The notes: generated from the letters alone by a model not told the origin. A stretch of DNA of 63,800 nt, filler included, from Octopus bimaculoides (GCF_001194135.2; 6 parts of 6 records of this genome joined end to end with filler, not necessarily neighbours in it), one strand, 5' to 3'; positions 36,540 through 49,873 are shown, numbered from the whole stretch's first letter. Program-made: numbers and translations.

Positions 36540-38709
36540 CAGTAGTTTTATTTTTATAACGTGCTTTCACTTCACTACCGAGCGCAGCTCTGTGCGCCTT
36601 GGGTATGTGCTGTGGTTTGCTGTGGTGCTCTTATGTTTACTGTATTGAAAGTGTTTTGCGTAGAATGTGTGCAGTACCCAGTAGTGCAATTTTCTGTATG
36701 TTATATATATTTGTAAGTCCTGGTATTTTTGTTATGTATTTGTCTGAATATTTTTTTTATTATACCTAAGACACCTACTATGATAGGAATTGTTTCTGTT
36801 TTTAGATTCGACATCCGAGTTACCTCTATTTCCAGGTCTTTGTATTTTGAAAGTTTCTCCATTTCTTTTAGGGAAACGTTGTCATCTGTTGGTATTGATA
36901 CATCAATTAGAAAGCATTTTTTCTTCATGATTTCTGTCAACTATATCTGGCTTATTGGCCTTAATTTCTCTATCTGTGTGGATTGGCATATCCAAGAGTA
37001 TGGTTGCTTTCTCGTTTTTTATGACCTTTTCTGGTGTGTGTTTATACCATCATTTTTCTGTTGTTATTCCATAGTGTTGGCATAGCTTCCAATGTATGTA
37101 GGTCCTAGCTCTGTCGTGCCTTTGAATATATTACTTCTTAGCCAGGACTGGGCAGCCAGAGATAATATGGTTTATTGTTTCTTGTCCATCGCCACATATT
37201 CTGCAGTTACTTGTTATGTTTCTTTTCATAATATGCTTTTGGTAATTTCTGGTGGGGAGACTTTGGTCTTGTGCAGCAATTAAAAATCTTTCAGTCTCTG
37301 CTTTGAGTCCTGAGCTTCTCAACCATTGCTGGGATTTTTCTCTGTTTATTTCTTTTGTATTTAGTTTTGAGTGAGAGAGCCGTACATGCTATTAAAGTGA
37401 CACTGGAGAATTATTTACAAAACCCAGTATATCTACCATGACTACCCGTCTGAAAAGGGTACACCAGGCACATACATCACAGCCATATGTGTGCGACAAG
37501 ATGATCTCATATCAAGATAAACAGCGCATGACCTTGTAGGTCATGCTTCAAAACCCTGCGAAGAATTCTTGCGTTTCCAAGCAATGCTGATTTTTGTAGT
37601 TGTTCTACCTTCACACTTGCACCAATCATTTGCAGCCATGTTAGTAGTTGAGTGTTGATACTTCCAAGTACACCAATTACTATTGGTATCACGTCTACTC
37701 TCCTCATTGACCAGTTAGAATTTTCTTCAGGTTCATTAGCCCATCCTGCTCAAAAGGTCCCTGAATAAGGGTTGCTTAAGGATGTTGAATGCAACGCCCA
37801 TGTTTCCAGAGGTGAATTGTACAAACTCCTACACATGGCTGTGATGCTCCCCCACTACTTCTGCTTATGATCAGAGATGCACATATCATCAGCCACTAAG
37901 GGACATACTCAACGGCTTAAGGTCAAACAACTGACAAGCAAATCTGTGGTACTGAGCAGAATATTTGCTGTAGCCCATCTTTTATACCAAGACATGCTGT
38001 AGCCCAGTATTATTATTATCATTATTTTATGTTTGACTTTTGCTTTGCATTTGTACAAGTTGGATCCAAGTCTCACCCAGAGACCTCAAGAGACAACAAG
38101 TTAGAAGTTCATGTAGGTGTTATGCCTAGGGTACCATATATTTGAATTTGTACAGTGTTGTTCTAGAGAATGTTTAAGAAACCATAAGAAAATTATGTGT
38201 TTGTTTTAAAATTTGAGATCACATAGACAGTATTTTACGTAGGATATGGGCAGTTCCCATGAGCACTATCTTTTGAACTTCAGCCATTTTGGGGTTTCCT
38301 GGTATCTGAGCTAGGTAGTAATCAGCCCGTTTCGCTGTCATTCCCAGGGCACCTATGACAATAGGTATTGGTTTCGTCTTCNNNNNNNNNNNNNNNNNNN
38401 NNNNNNNNNNNNNNNNNNNNNNNNNNNNNNNNNNNNNNNNNNNNNNNNNNNNNNNNNNNNNNNNNNNNNNNNNNNNNNNNNNNNNNNNNNNNNNNNNNNN
38501 NNNNNNNNNNNNNNNNNNNNNNNNNNNNNNNNNNNNNNNNNNNNNNNNNNNNNNNNNNNNNNNNNNNNNNNNNNNNNNNNNNNNNNNNNNNNNNNNNNNN
38601 NNNNNNNNNNNNNNNNNNNNNNNNNNNNNNNNNNNNNNNNNNNNNNNNNNNNNNNNNNNNNNNNNNNNNNNNNNNNNNNNNNNNNNNNNNNNNNGTCGTC
38701 GTCGTCGTT

Positions 38710-38768
<59 letters not shown>

Positions 38769-39151
38769 TATTATTCAGTAGTCTTATTTTTATCACGTGC
38801 TCTCACTGCACTACCGAGTGCAGCTCTGTGTGCCTTGGGTATGTGTGGTGGTTTGTTGTGATGCCCTTATGTTTACTGTATTGAAAGTGTTTTACGTAGG
38901 ATGTGTGCAGTGCCTAGTAGTGCTATTTTCTGTATATTATATATACTTGTAAGTCTTGGTGTTTTTGTTATGTATTTGCCTGAATATTTTTTTATTATAC
39001 CTAAGACACCTACTATGATAGGAATTGTTTCTGTTTTTAGACTCCATATTCGAGTTACGTCTATTTCCAGATCTTTGCATTTTGAAAGTTTCGCCGTTTC
39101 TTTAAAAGAAACATTGTCATCTGTTGGTATTGAGACATCGATTAGAAAACA

Positions 39152-39214
<63 letters not shown>

Positions 39215-39634
39215 TACTACTACTACTATTATTGTTATTATTATTATCATTATTATCATTATTATCATTATTATTATTTTATTGTCTTTGCACAGTTTCT
39301 AACGCTGGCGATGTACTACGGTGTTAGCTGTTCACTACCAATGAACTAAAGTAGCACCTCTTATGTTTCGAGCACCGCCTGGAGTATTCGAGCGGTTTCA
39401 AGCAGTGTTGATTTCTGCAAGTGCTCTACCCTTATTGCAGCCCCCATTTGTTCCATGTACTTAGCTTTGCTAATTAAGTTTTTGTCCAGTCTTCTTCTTC
39501 TTCTTCTTCTTCTTCTTCTTCTTCTTCTTCTTCTTCTTCTTCTTCTTCTTCTTCTTCTTCTTCTCCTCCTCCTCCTCCTCCTCCTCCTTCTTCTTCTTCT
39601 TCTTCTTCTTCTTCTTCTTCTTCTTCTTCTTCTT

Positions 39635-39665
<31 letters not shown>

Positions 39666-39830
39666 AAATGGCAAGCTGGCACAATCCTAGTATCAAACAG
39701 ACTTGACGGATCAATCAGTATGCAAATTCAATTTTCCTTGTCTATTACTGTAATATCTGGTTTGTTATGTTCTGCATGTTTCCGACTCATGCCCTAGCTC
39801 TACCCGATAATTGTACCATGTACTTGCTGC
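36540..39830 (-). mobile_element. Second cluster of co-oriented Dong/R4 fragments separated by (TAA)n, (ATC)n and (TTC)n
   Basis: REL-domain motifs KKCFLIDVSIPTDDNVSLKEMEKLSKYKDLEIEV, ETIPIIVGVLG, AAQDQSLPTRNY and CRICGDGQETINHIISGC. Two near-identical 3' ends at 36540 and 38770. Confidence 0.88.
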
Positions 39831-40693
39831 TTCAAACGTCCATTTTTGACAACGCCTCCACAACTTGATAATATCTCCAATTCTTATGATCTCACTGGGC
39901 CAACTTATGGAATTCTGCAACAATGCGTGCCGTTGTTTCATCCCACATTCAGACAAATATCTTCCGATATTGTTCCCGATTCTGAGTTCAAATTCTGTCG
40001 AAGTCAACTTTCATCCTTTGGGGGTAGATAAAATAAAGTACCTATCGAATACTGTGGTTGATTTAATCAAATAAGCCCTACTCTAAACAAAACAAAAAAC
40101 AAGAAGAAACTACTAGCCTTGTTTCTAAATCATAAATGATTATTAGAAGGGCGAGGTATGTTAGAAACAATTATTAAAAGAGAGGTAGATTAGTAGAATC
40201 ATTAGAGCAACGGACAAAATAATTTGCAGTCTTTGTTCCGGGTCAGCCAGCATAACTACACTCCAACTTTTAGCCTTCTTTTTGTTGAAGAAGGTAGATT
40301 GGTATAGTGGTGCAGTATTTAATCACATTTTTTTAAATAAAACAAATTGACGTACTTTTATCTTTTATGCGTTGGTACTGAAAAGAAAAAATACAGTTAA
40401 ATACTGGAGAGATTTTTGTCACTTATGCTCTTTCTTGTGAGTCTTGTAGCAAAGCCGATAATATATATAATGTTTTTCTTTTACTTGTTTCAATCATAAG
40501 ACTGACGCCCTGCTGTGGCACCACCATGAAGATTTTTTAATCGAATGTATCAACCCCAATACTTATATTTTTAAAACCTGGTACTCATTCTGTCGGTCTC
40601 TAAGTTACGCTAAGTTACGGAGACACAAATATACCAAAACCGGTTATCAAGCAGTGGTAGTGGGGCTGACAAACAAAAACAGACAGACAGACA

Positions 40694-40754
<61 letters not shown>

Positions 40755-41088
40755 ACACACGCACACACACACACGCACATATATATATATACATAAGACA
40801 GGCTTCTTTCAGTTTCCGTCTACAAAATCAACTCACAAGGTTTTGGTCGGTCCGGGGCGATAATAGAAGACACTTGCCCAAGGTGCCACGCAGTAGGACT
40901 GAACCCCCGAAGCATGAAGTTGGGAAGCAAACATCTTACTGCACAGCCATGCCTGCACTTATTTCGTTATTTTCACTACGTACCACACTGTGTTCTGGAG
41001 AAGTAGTATGTATAATCAACTGAATGGTTCTCAAAGTGACAACAAGCAGTCAACATGAAAGGATCCATTGATGAAATACTTCATCTAG

Positions 41089-41141
41089 AGAGCTGACGTT
41101 TCTGACTACTCCTTATGCCTTTAGGATATTTCATTAGAACA
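41089..41141 (-). ncRNA. Degenerate minimal hammerhead motif with a PLE-like tail to about 40995
   Basis: The minus strand reads gtt CTAATGA aatatcct...agga gtagtca GAAA cg TC agctc, with palindromic ACGT. The tail ends ctacttctcc. Confidence 0.45.
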
Positions 41142-41541
41142 GTCATTTGAAGCACTTATTCTACCGTTGAACAAATATTTCAGTTCACATTTAGAAAAGG
41201 TACCGGGTTTTAACGAAGATTTAGCAAAATCATTCTTATTATGTAACCTTAGGTCAACTCCCAAGAAGCAGACCTGTAGCAGCTCAGTAATCCGTCATTC
41301 GACTTCGAGAGATCCACATATCTATTGTTCCACATATCCTTTACATTTACTTAAGATTATACTGCATATTCTGATAAATTCTAGATACCTGTATGGAAAG
41401 CTACTTGGAGAATCTAATTGTGCTACTGCTGAATTACCTCTAGTGTAACCTGTATTGTTTGTGTACTTGGATGTGTTATGGGCATTAATTACAGTTTCTC
41501 TAGATTTTGGCGTGGTAAACTTTTATTGTTAATGTATTTAA

Positions 41542-41574
<33 letters not shown>

Positions 41575-41746
41575 TAAATGATAGGATTGCTTCAATTTTT
41601 CAGGGTAGTCTGAAGTATCCAAGCAACCAGGGGATGTTTAAATCCGGAGGCACTCTTAAGAATTACTTGTGTGGGTACCGTCTTCGTTAGAGGGTATCCA
41701 AAGGCAGGTAATTTATTGTTTAAACCGTAGTTTATAATTATATTTA

Positions 41747-42035
<289 letters not shown>

Positions 42036-42374
42036 GTATTATGTATATATAAATCAAAAGGATGTGTTATAACCAACAATCCAACACACCTCCATCATCA
42101 GCTGCTCCATGGATATCATTATGGATTCAATCCGGCGGTGTCAACAGCACTAAAAGAAGTGCTCTTTGGGAACAAAAACACACACACAAAAAAACCCCAA
42201 AACAAACAACTTCCAAGCACATTTACTCTATGTACAACAACATTCAATCAAATATAGGAAAAATTAATCACTAACTTTAAAATTAAACTACGGCAAGAAA
42301 CACATAAATCTATGTACATCTGTATTGTTATTAATAGTAAACCTACAATACATACATATATATATATATCTTCT

Positions 42375-42870
42375 TTCGAGGCATCATCTTGTCAGGTTGA
42401 TTGCTCGGGCTAGCCTGACTACCTCTCTCCATCCCTCCCGATCTTCCATTAGTGTTTTCAGGTCTTCAACTTGGCATCCAACATCTTCTGTAAGCTGTTG
42501 TATATACGTCTTCTGTGATCTTCCATCCGCTGTGACACCATGACTTGGTGTCCACAGCAACACATTACTCACAAGTTCATCCTTACTTTTCCAACAATGG
42601 CCAGCAAACCTCAATCCCCGTTCTTGGAGTGTTGATGAGAAAGTTGGTACATTCCTATATAACCGTTGTTTTGTTGGATGGTCGTTCCAAGAGATGTCGA
42701 GCACTACACGTAACATTCTGGTGCAGGCACCGTCCAGCATACACCTGAGTCTCTTGGTGAGAGTTCAAGTCGGAGATCCATACACAATCACAGATTCAAC
42801 AACTGCTCTGAAGAACTGTCTCTTCAATTTATCTGGAAGGGTTGACTTAAATATTGTTCTAAGATCGTTT
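42375..42870 (-). mobile_element. RTE-clade LINE 3' fragment (different subfamily)
   Basis: The minus ORF has TRMLRVVLDISWNDHPTKQRLY...LRFAGHCW...LLWTPSHG...GRSQKTYIQQL. Confidence 0.8.
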
Positions 42871-43270
42871 CTATAGCTGCCCAAGCCTTAGCAACGTGAG
42901 ATTTAATATCTTTTTCAGTTAATTATGATTTTATTCAAAATTTTTCCCCCTATATATATNNNNNNNNNNNNNNNNNNNNNNNNNNNNNNNNNNNNNNNNN
43001 NNNNNNNNNNNNNNNNNNNNNNNNNNNNNNNNNNNNNNNNNNNNNNNNNNNNNNNNNNNNNNNNNNNNNNNNNNNNNNNNNNNNNNNNNNNNNNNNNNNN
43101 NNNNNNNNNNNNNNNNNNNNNNNNNNNNNNNNNNNNNNNNNNNNNNNNNNNNNNNNNNNNNNNNNNNNNNNNNNNNNNNNNNNNNNNNNNNNNNNNNNNN
43201 NNNNNNNNNNNNNNNNNNNNNNNNNNNNNNNNNNNNNNNNNNNNNTATATATATATATATATATATATTT

Positions 43271-43563
43271 AAATAATACATTTCTAAATCTTTCAGAGAG
43301 ATTTAAGCAGTAGTGATGCGATAAAGTAGTTGTATGCTGTGAACTTAATGTGACAGTCCCATGAAGGGAATAATACTACTGCTATTTAGCCTTAGGAAGG
43401 AGCACCACTTCCTGTCGGCCTTGACACATTTCCTGTGTCGTTATGTTTACTACTAAATAACAGTAGTATTATTCCCTTCATGGGACTGTCACATTAAGTT
43501 GCAACATACAACTACTTTATCGCATCACTACTGCAATCTGAGAGATTTAGAAATGTATTATTT
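43271..43563. mobile_element. About 295-bp inverted-repeat element (arms 43271-43389 and 43453-43563)
   Basis: gcagtagtgatgcgataaagtagttgtatg...gtgacagtcccatgaagggaataatactactg is mirrored on the right. The left flank is (TA)n. Confidence 0.88.
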
Positions 43564-43589
43564 CTATTTTTGAAATCAGTGAATGTGTT

Positions 43590-46198
43590 TCATTAGGATT
43601 ATTATATGTTTACGAGAGCTTGCCAGGCATCTCCAACTAGCAGGCCATTGTCTTTGGATACCGTCTTTGATTGCCGGAGTGAGTTCGTGTTTTGCTTGTG
43701 TCAACTGTTTTTTTTTTCTGTGAACTGTTTGTTGTTATTTTGGCTTTTCGGGGCGGAAAATTTCTGTGGAATTGAAAATTGTTTTCTTGTCTAACGACAA
43801 GTATGGAGCTAAATTTAACGTCTGAGAAGGAATTCCCCGGAGTGGGAGAGATCAACCCAGTTGAAAGTGAACAAAGTAAACCAAGTTTCTCCAAGGCAGT
43901 GAGCGGAGGCTCAATAGAAGTGGAAGTAACAGTGGACAAGCTGTTTCAGTATAGACAACTGATACAGAAAGTGGGCGAAGAAACAAAACTAATACCGCTC
44001 CCAGAGTTGATAAACGCAATTAAAGAAAAAAATAGTTGTATATAAAGTATATAACATAAAAGAAAAGAGGATAGCCAAAGTAAAGACGGATATTGTGGAG
44101 AGATGTTTGGCTCCAATTTGGCCAAAAGTTCGCTAAGTTAGTCGAGGCACAAGAAGTGCAACTGTTGAGTGCATTGCGACTCGGCTAACGTAACAAAGGA
44201 GGTGTCAACACAAGTCTTAAAAAATGAAAGCATTATGCTGCTGCCCACTTACATGGGACGCAGAACGGCTCGAATCACAGTGGAAGACATACCGGTCGGG
44301 TATGATGTAATGTGGGTGGCAGCAGTGGTATTTTTTGACGCTGAACAAAAATTAAACATCCTGAGTATGAGGGAGAAGGAGGCAATCAACTGGAGAGGGC
44401 AGACGCTAGAAATAGTTGTTCCAGGAGAAAATAGTGTTGTAGAAAGTTTGCCCGACNNNNNNNNNNNNNNNNNNNNNNNNNNNNNNNNNNNNNNNNNNNN
44501 NNNNNNNNNNNNNNNNNNNNNNNNNNNNNNNNNNNNNNNNNNNNNNNNNNNNNNNNNNNNNNNNNNNNNNNNNNNNNNNNNNNNNNNNNNNNNNNNNNNN
44601 NNNNNNNNNNNNNNNNNNNNNNNNNNNNNNNNNNNNNNNNNNNNNNNNNNNNNNNNNNNNNNNNNNNNNNNNNNNNNNNNNNNNNNNNNNNNNNNNNNNN
44701 NNNNNNNNNNNNNNNNNNNNNNNNNNNNNNNNNNNNNNNNNNNNNNNNNNNNNNNNNNNNNNNNNNNNNNNNNNNNNNNNNNNNNNNNNNNNNNNNNNNN
44801 NNNNNNNNNNNNNNNNNNNNNNNNNNNNNNNNNNNNNNNNNNNNNNNNNNNNNNNNNNNNNNNNNNNNNNNNNNNNNNNNNNNNNNNNNNNNNNNNNNNN
44901 NNNNNNNNNNNNNNNNNNNNNNNNNNNNNNNNNNNNNNNNNNNNNNNNNNNNNNNNNNNNNNNNNNNNNNNNNNNNNNNNNNNNNNNNNNNNNNNNNNNN
45001 NNNNNNNNNNNNNNNNNNNNNNNNNNNNNNNNNNNNNNNNNNNNNNNNNNNNNNNNNNNNNNNNNNNNNNNNNNNNNNNNNNNNNNNNNNNNNNNNNNNN
45101 NNNNNNNNNNNNNNNNNNNNNNNNNNNNNNNNNNNNNNNNNNNNNNNNNNNNNNNNNNNNNNNNNNNNNNNNNNNNNNNNNNNNNNNNNNNNNNNNNNNN
45201 NNNNNNNNNNNNNNNNNNNNNNNNNNNNNNNNNNNNNNNNNNNNNNNNNNNNNNNNNNNNNNNNNNNNNNNNNNNNNNNNNNNNNNNNNNNNNNNNNNNN
45301 NNNNNNNNNNNNNNNNNNNNNNNNNNNNNNNNNNNNNAAACTGCCATGCTCCCTCTCGCAATCGTAAGTAACTTAATTTATTTCTTCGATGATTAAGTTA
45401 GGGTTCTTGAATGTGCGTGGAATGGGGTCGAAATGGAAACAGTCTTGTTTTCTAGACGACCTCATTTCACATAGAATAGATGTGGCTGTTGTGACCGAGT
45501 CCAAGATGAAGGGACCTAAGCGTTCTCGCCCCTCCTCAATGGTTACGAGAAATTTATTTCTCCGAGCCGAAGAGGAGGTGCAGGCATGGCAGTCCTGATC
45601 AGGAAGAGCTAACCTAAGTTAGGTGGCAACCCTAATGAGACTGGATGTGGTAAGTTCACTTCTGCGTATGCCGACGACGTCACCCTCATCGTGTCTAACG
45701 AAGTACAACTACCTCGTGTAGAAGATGCTCTCCGAGGATACGAAGTGGTGGCAGGAGCAAAGTTTAACAAGGACAAGTCCATCGGTTTGCGCCTCGGCAC
45801 CTGGAGGAACAAGCCGATATCGTCCAGTGTCGTCGGACACTGGACAGATGGTCCTGTTAAGTTGTTTGGAGTTTGATTCGATTCAGACTCCCAGACAGAG
45901 AAGAATTGGAGCGAGGTACTGAACAAGGCGGAGGCCATAGTACGGAAGTGGTCCAGAGGGTCTCTGTCCTTGAAGGGTAGAGTGGAGGTGGTGCAGGTGT
46001 TTACAGCATCTGTAATCACCTACCGCCTGTCCGTTGTGCCTTGCCCCGATTTTTGGCTAAGCAAGCTGGAAAGACTCCTATTCCGCTTTTTGTGGAGGAG
46101 AGGAAGGCTACTTGTGAGGCGCTCCGTGTGTTGCCAGGAACCGCTAAAGGGTGGACTGGGGATGCCCTGGCTAATGATGCGCAGACATGCGTTGAAGC
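43590..46198 (+). mobile_element. Tx1/L1-clade LINE: ORF1 remnant, APE endonuclease start, large deletion, RT fragment
   Basis: IKLGFLNVRGMGSKWKQ...DVAVVTESK is the APE domain I. SAYADDVTLIV...GAKFNKDKS and LERLLFRFLW...CQEPLKGGLGMP are RT and downstream motifs. A 3' end of a similar element lies at 57590-57800. Confidence 0.85.
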
Positions 46199-47544
46199 NN
46201 NNNNNNNNNNNNNNNNNNNNNNNNNNNNNNNNNNNNNNNNNNTTAATTAATTAANNNNNNNNNNNNNNNNNNNNNNNNNNNNNNNNNNNNNNNNNNNNCC
46301 AAAATCGGTCCGGACAGTTATTTTTGTAAGGCTTATAGCGTTCCAAACAGCCATAACAATAAAATCACTTTAAAATTTTTTTTACAAAAACTATATGGGT
46401 ATTTCAGAAAATTTTCATTCAATGAATAATGTTTTTGCATTACGTACACATTAATAGAACAAACTGTCGGTTTTCCACATAATTAATTAAAACTTGAAAT
46501 GAAAACATTAAAAGAGAAAGTGAGAATTTGCAAATAAAAATAGAATACTCCGCAGTTAATGCAATGAATATTTAAATTTGTGAAGAATTGGACGCAGTGA
46601 ATGCAATGAATATTTAAATATGCGAGAAATTGGAGTTCAAAAAAAATTCAATAAACTTGAGAAATCGAAGTTATAGGAAATCTCTTAAAACATGGATTTA
46701 TAAAAATATTTCCAGACGGTCAACCCTTTAATAATTGGTTTCTTTTAGTACTTTTAGTGATTGTTACAGACCTAATTAATAAGCAGCTTTCTCTATTATA
46801 TTTTAAATATATTATAAAAGTAAAATTAACATGTGTGTGATGAATGTAATGAGTCAACGTTGGAGGTAGTAGATTTAAAATTGCTGTGTGGCTGTGTGGT
46901 AAGAAGCTTGCTTCCCGTCCACATGATTCCGGGTTCAGTCTCACTGCGTAGCACCTTGGACAAGTGTCTTCTACTATAGCCTCGGGCTGATTAAAACCTT
47001 GTCAGTGGATTTGGTAGACGAAAACTGACAGGAGTCCGTTGTATGTGTGTGTGTGTGTGTGTGTGTGCGTGTGTGTGTACGTACCTTTCTGTGGGTTTGT
47101 CCCCTCATCGCTGCTTGACAACAGACGTTGGTGTGTTTATGTCCCCGTAACTTAGCGGTTCGGCAAAAGTATCCGATTGAATAAGTACTAGGCTTTAAAA
47201 ATAAGTCTTGGAGTCGACTAAAAAAAACCCTTCAAGGCGGTGTTCCAGCATGGCCGCAGTCTAATGACTAAAACAATTAAAAGAATAAAAGAATATCCTC
47301 AAACTTATAGTGACTTCCATTTATATAGCATTCGCTCTAGTTTTTCAATCCCTCAAACACAGTAGAACACATTGCCCGGATCACTTTCATACAAATCAGT
47401 TTGTCATTTGTGTGGAAATACGATGATATGAATATATAGATATGAACGGTTGAACGTGCGTATATTTAATGCATATGTCTGGTATTAATTATCTAGGATA
47501 TTATGCACAAGAACTCAATTGAATTTATTGATATGTGTTTGAAA

Positions 47545-48285
47545 CGAGTGTTAGGTGTTTAGATAAAATATTTATGTCTTGTATATTTTATGTCAATATG
47601 TAATGATTTTTCTGAGTGTTTACTAATGAGTGTTATTGGCAAATAATATTTCGAACGTTTCTGCTGTGTATAAATTGCAACGTCTTCTATTCTATTGTTA
47701 GATCTTCCTTTGTTTATCATGCTCCATTTTATACCATATGGTGTCTGTCTACTATCCATTGGCTATATACATGAGGATAATGTGTGTCTTTTATTAATAT
47801 TATGAAATCTGTAGATATGTTGCTTTTATTGAGATTTGAACAGCTTAGATGTAAGTTTTGTATGTATTCTCTTTCAGTTAAGATTTTCATTTGGCATTGA
47901 CACGTCTTTCTCACGAAGGCAGTTTGGTTGTTACATTTGCATTTTCGATTGGATTTGGCTGGCTGGTCACATATTTGTTCAGTTAGAGAGACAAATCTGT
48001 GAGTGGAGTTCTGGTCAATTTCATATATGTCTCTAGTTTCCTGATATTGGTTGTTCATATTATTGGATTGTAATTCTTTTACAATTGTGTTTAGTTGCAT
48101 TTGAAAGTAATTCTTAATTATTCTAAATTTTATATTTTAAATAAACAGAAGAGTTTGTCTTCGAGTGGCACTAAAATTGCATTGGTAGATGGACATTCAT
48201 TGGCTTTAATTCCAAAGTTGGTTTCGTTCTCAAAGAATGTAATCCGTATCATAATTCTCATCAATTTAGTCGTTTATTTCTTCTT
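47545..48285 (-). mobile_element. Penelope-like element: decayed RT thumb, Cys-rich linker and GIY-YIG endonuclease C-terminus
   Basis: The minus strand gives FFENETNFG..KLFCLF..ITFKC (similar to PFSKNVKTNIG...SYSC), RKCKCNNQTA..CQ (similar to KCNC..CPL.G.CL) and YGIKWSMINKGRS...LISKHSE (similar to Y.IKW.I..KA.SY...LNKRSE). Frameshifted; recognised by eye. Confidence 0.6.
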
Positions 48286-49257
48286 TTCTTTTNNNNNNNN
48301 NNNNNNNNNNNNNNNNNNNNNNNNNNNNNNNNNNNNNNNNNNNNNNNNNNNNNNNNNNNNNNNNNNNNNNNNNNNNNNNNNNNNNNNNNNNNNNNNNNNN
48401 NNNNNNNNNNNNNNNNNNNNNNNNNNNNNNNNNNNNNNNNNNNNNNNNNNNNNNNNNNNNNNNNNNNNNNNNNNNNNNNNNNNNNNNNNNNNNNNNNNNN
48501 NNNNNNNNNNNNNNNNNNNNNNNNNNNNNNNNNNNNNNNNNNNNNNNNNNNNNNNNNNNNNNNNNNNNNNNNNNNNNNNNNNNNNNNNNNNNNNNNNNNN
48601 NNNNNNNNNNNNNNNNNNNNNNNNNNNNNNNNNNNNNNNNNNNNNNNNNNNGTGAGTGTTTATTGAGCGAAAACACCTAAAGCTCCACGAGGCTCCAACA
48701 GGGGAGTTGTAGAAAACCCTGCTGTACTCTTTCACCTCAACTTTCTTTCACTCTTTCTTCCTGTTTCTGTTGTACTTGTATTTCAAAGGGCCAGCCTCGT
48801 CACACTCTGTGTTACGCTGAATCTCCCCGACAACTACGTTATGGGTACACGTGTCTGTGGTGTGCTCAGCCACTTGCACATTAATTTCACGAGCAGGCTG
48901 TTCTGCTGATCGGATCAACTGGAACCGTCGTCGTCGTAACCGACGGAGTGCCAACAGTAATAAGCAAATGAATGGCCATTCTCATGTATGCGTATGTACA
49001 ATAATTGAAAAATCAACTCCATTCTTATTCATTTAATATTATATTTTGCTGTGGGATAAATGTGCTGTAATTTTTCGTTACATGTACTGGATTTACTATG
49101 TTAGATATTATGAAGTAATTAGTTAATATTATATTATTTGTTTTGCTGATTGGTTCATTGTTGGCATTCTTTACAAGAACCCTGTTAACCATATACTCGC
49201 ATGAAGTACTACTGAGTTTATTACTTAGATCGTAAAAATCCTTACTACCTGGCTATG

Positions 49258-49300
<43 letters not shown>

Positions 49301-49306
<6 letters not shown>

Positions 49307-49405
49307 CAAGGTACTCAGAAACCTGGATGTTTGTACATTTACAGATTTTTATTAATGTCACATATTAAATGAAGCGCTTTTCACCTAGTCGTGTAGGTTT
49401 ATATA
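49301..49405 (-). mobile_element. 5'-truncated PLE-type tail between (TA)n runs with half a hammerhead
   Basis: The minus strand reads accta-cacgac-taggt GAAA agcgct TC attt: a stem II hairpin, GAAA, palindromic AAGCGCTT and TC. The CTGANGA is replaced by (TA)n. Confidence 0.55.
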
Positions 49406-49420
49406 TATATATATATATAT

Positions 49421-49526
49421 ATGGGAGAATTTACGAAAAGAACAACAACAGACGAAGACAAGTGGTGTAAACAACAAAAGGATGTATTAGTTTAACGCTC
49501 GGGAATAAGAAAGTCTTTAACGTTTC
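49421..49526 (-). mobile_element. PLE-type tail next to (TA)n; the rest lies in the gap
   Basis: The minus strand starts GAAACGTT at the gap edge and ends ...ttttcgtaaattctccc(at)n. Confidence 0.5.
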
Positions 49527-49873
49527 NNNNNNNNNNNNNNNNNNNNNNNNNNNNNNNNNNNNNNNNNNNNNNNNNNNNNNNNNNNNNNNNNNNNNNNNNN
49601 NNNNNNNNNNNNNNNNNNNNNNNNNNNNNNNNNNNNNNNNNNNNNNNNNNNNNNNNNNNNNNNNNNNNNNNNNNNNNNNNNNNNNNNNNNNNNNNNNNNN
49701 NNNNNNNNNNNNNNNNNNNNNNNNNNNNNNNNNNNNNNNNNNNNNNNNNNNNNNNNNNNNNNNNNNNNNGTGTGTGTGTGCGTGTATGCATGTATGTATA
49801 TGTATGTGTGTTTCTTTGGGTTGTTTGTGGTTACCTGGATTGTTTAGTTTGTGCATATGTGTCTGCGTATTGT

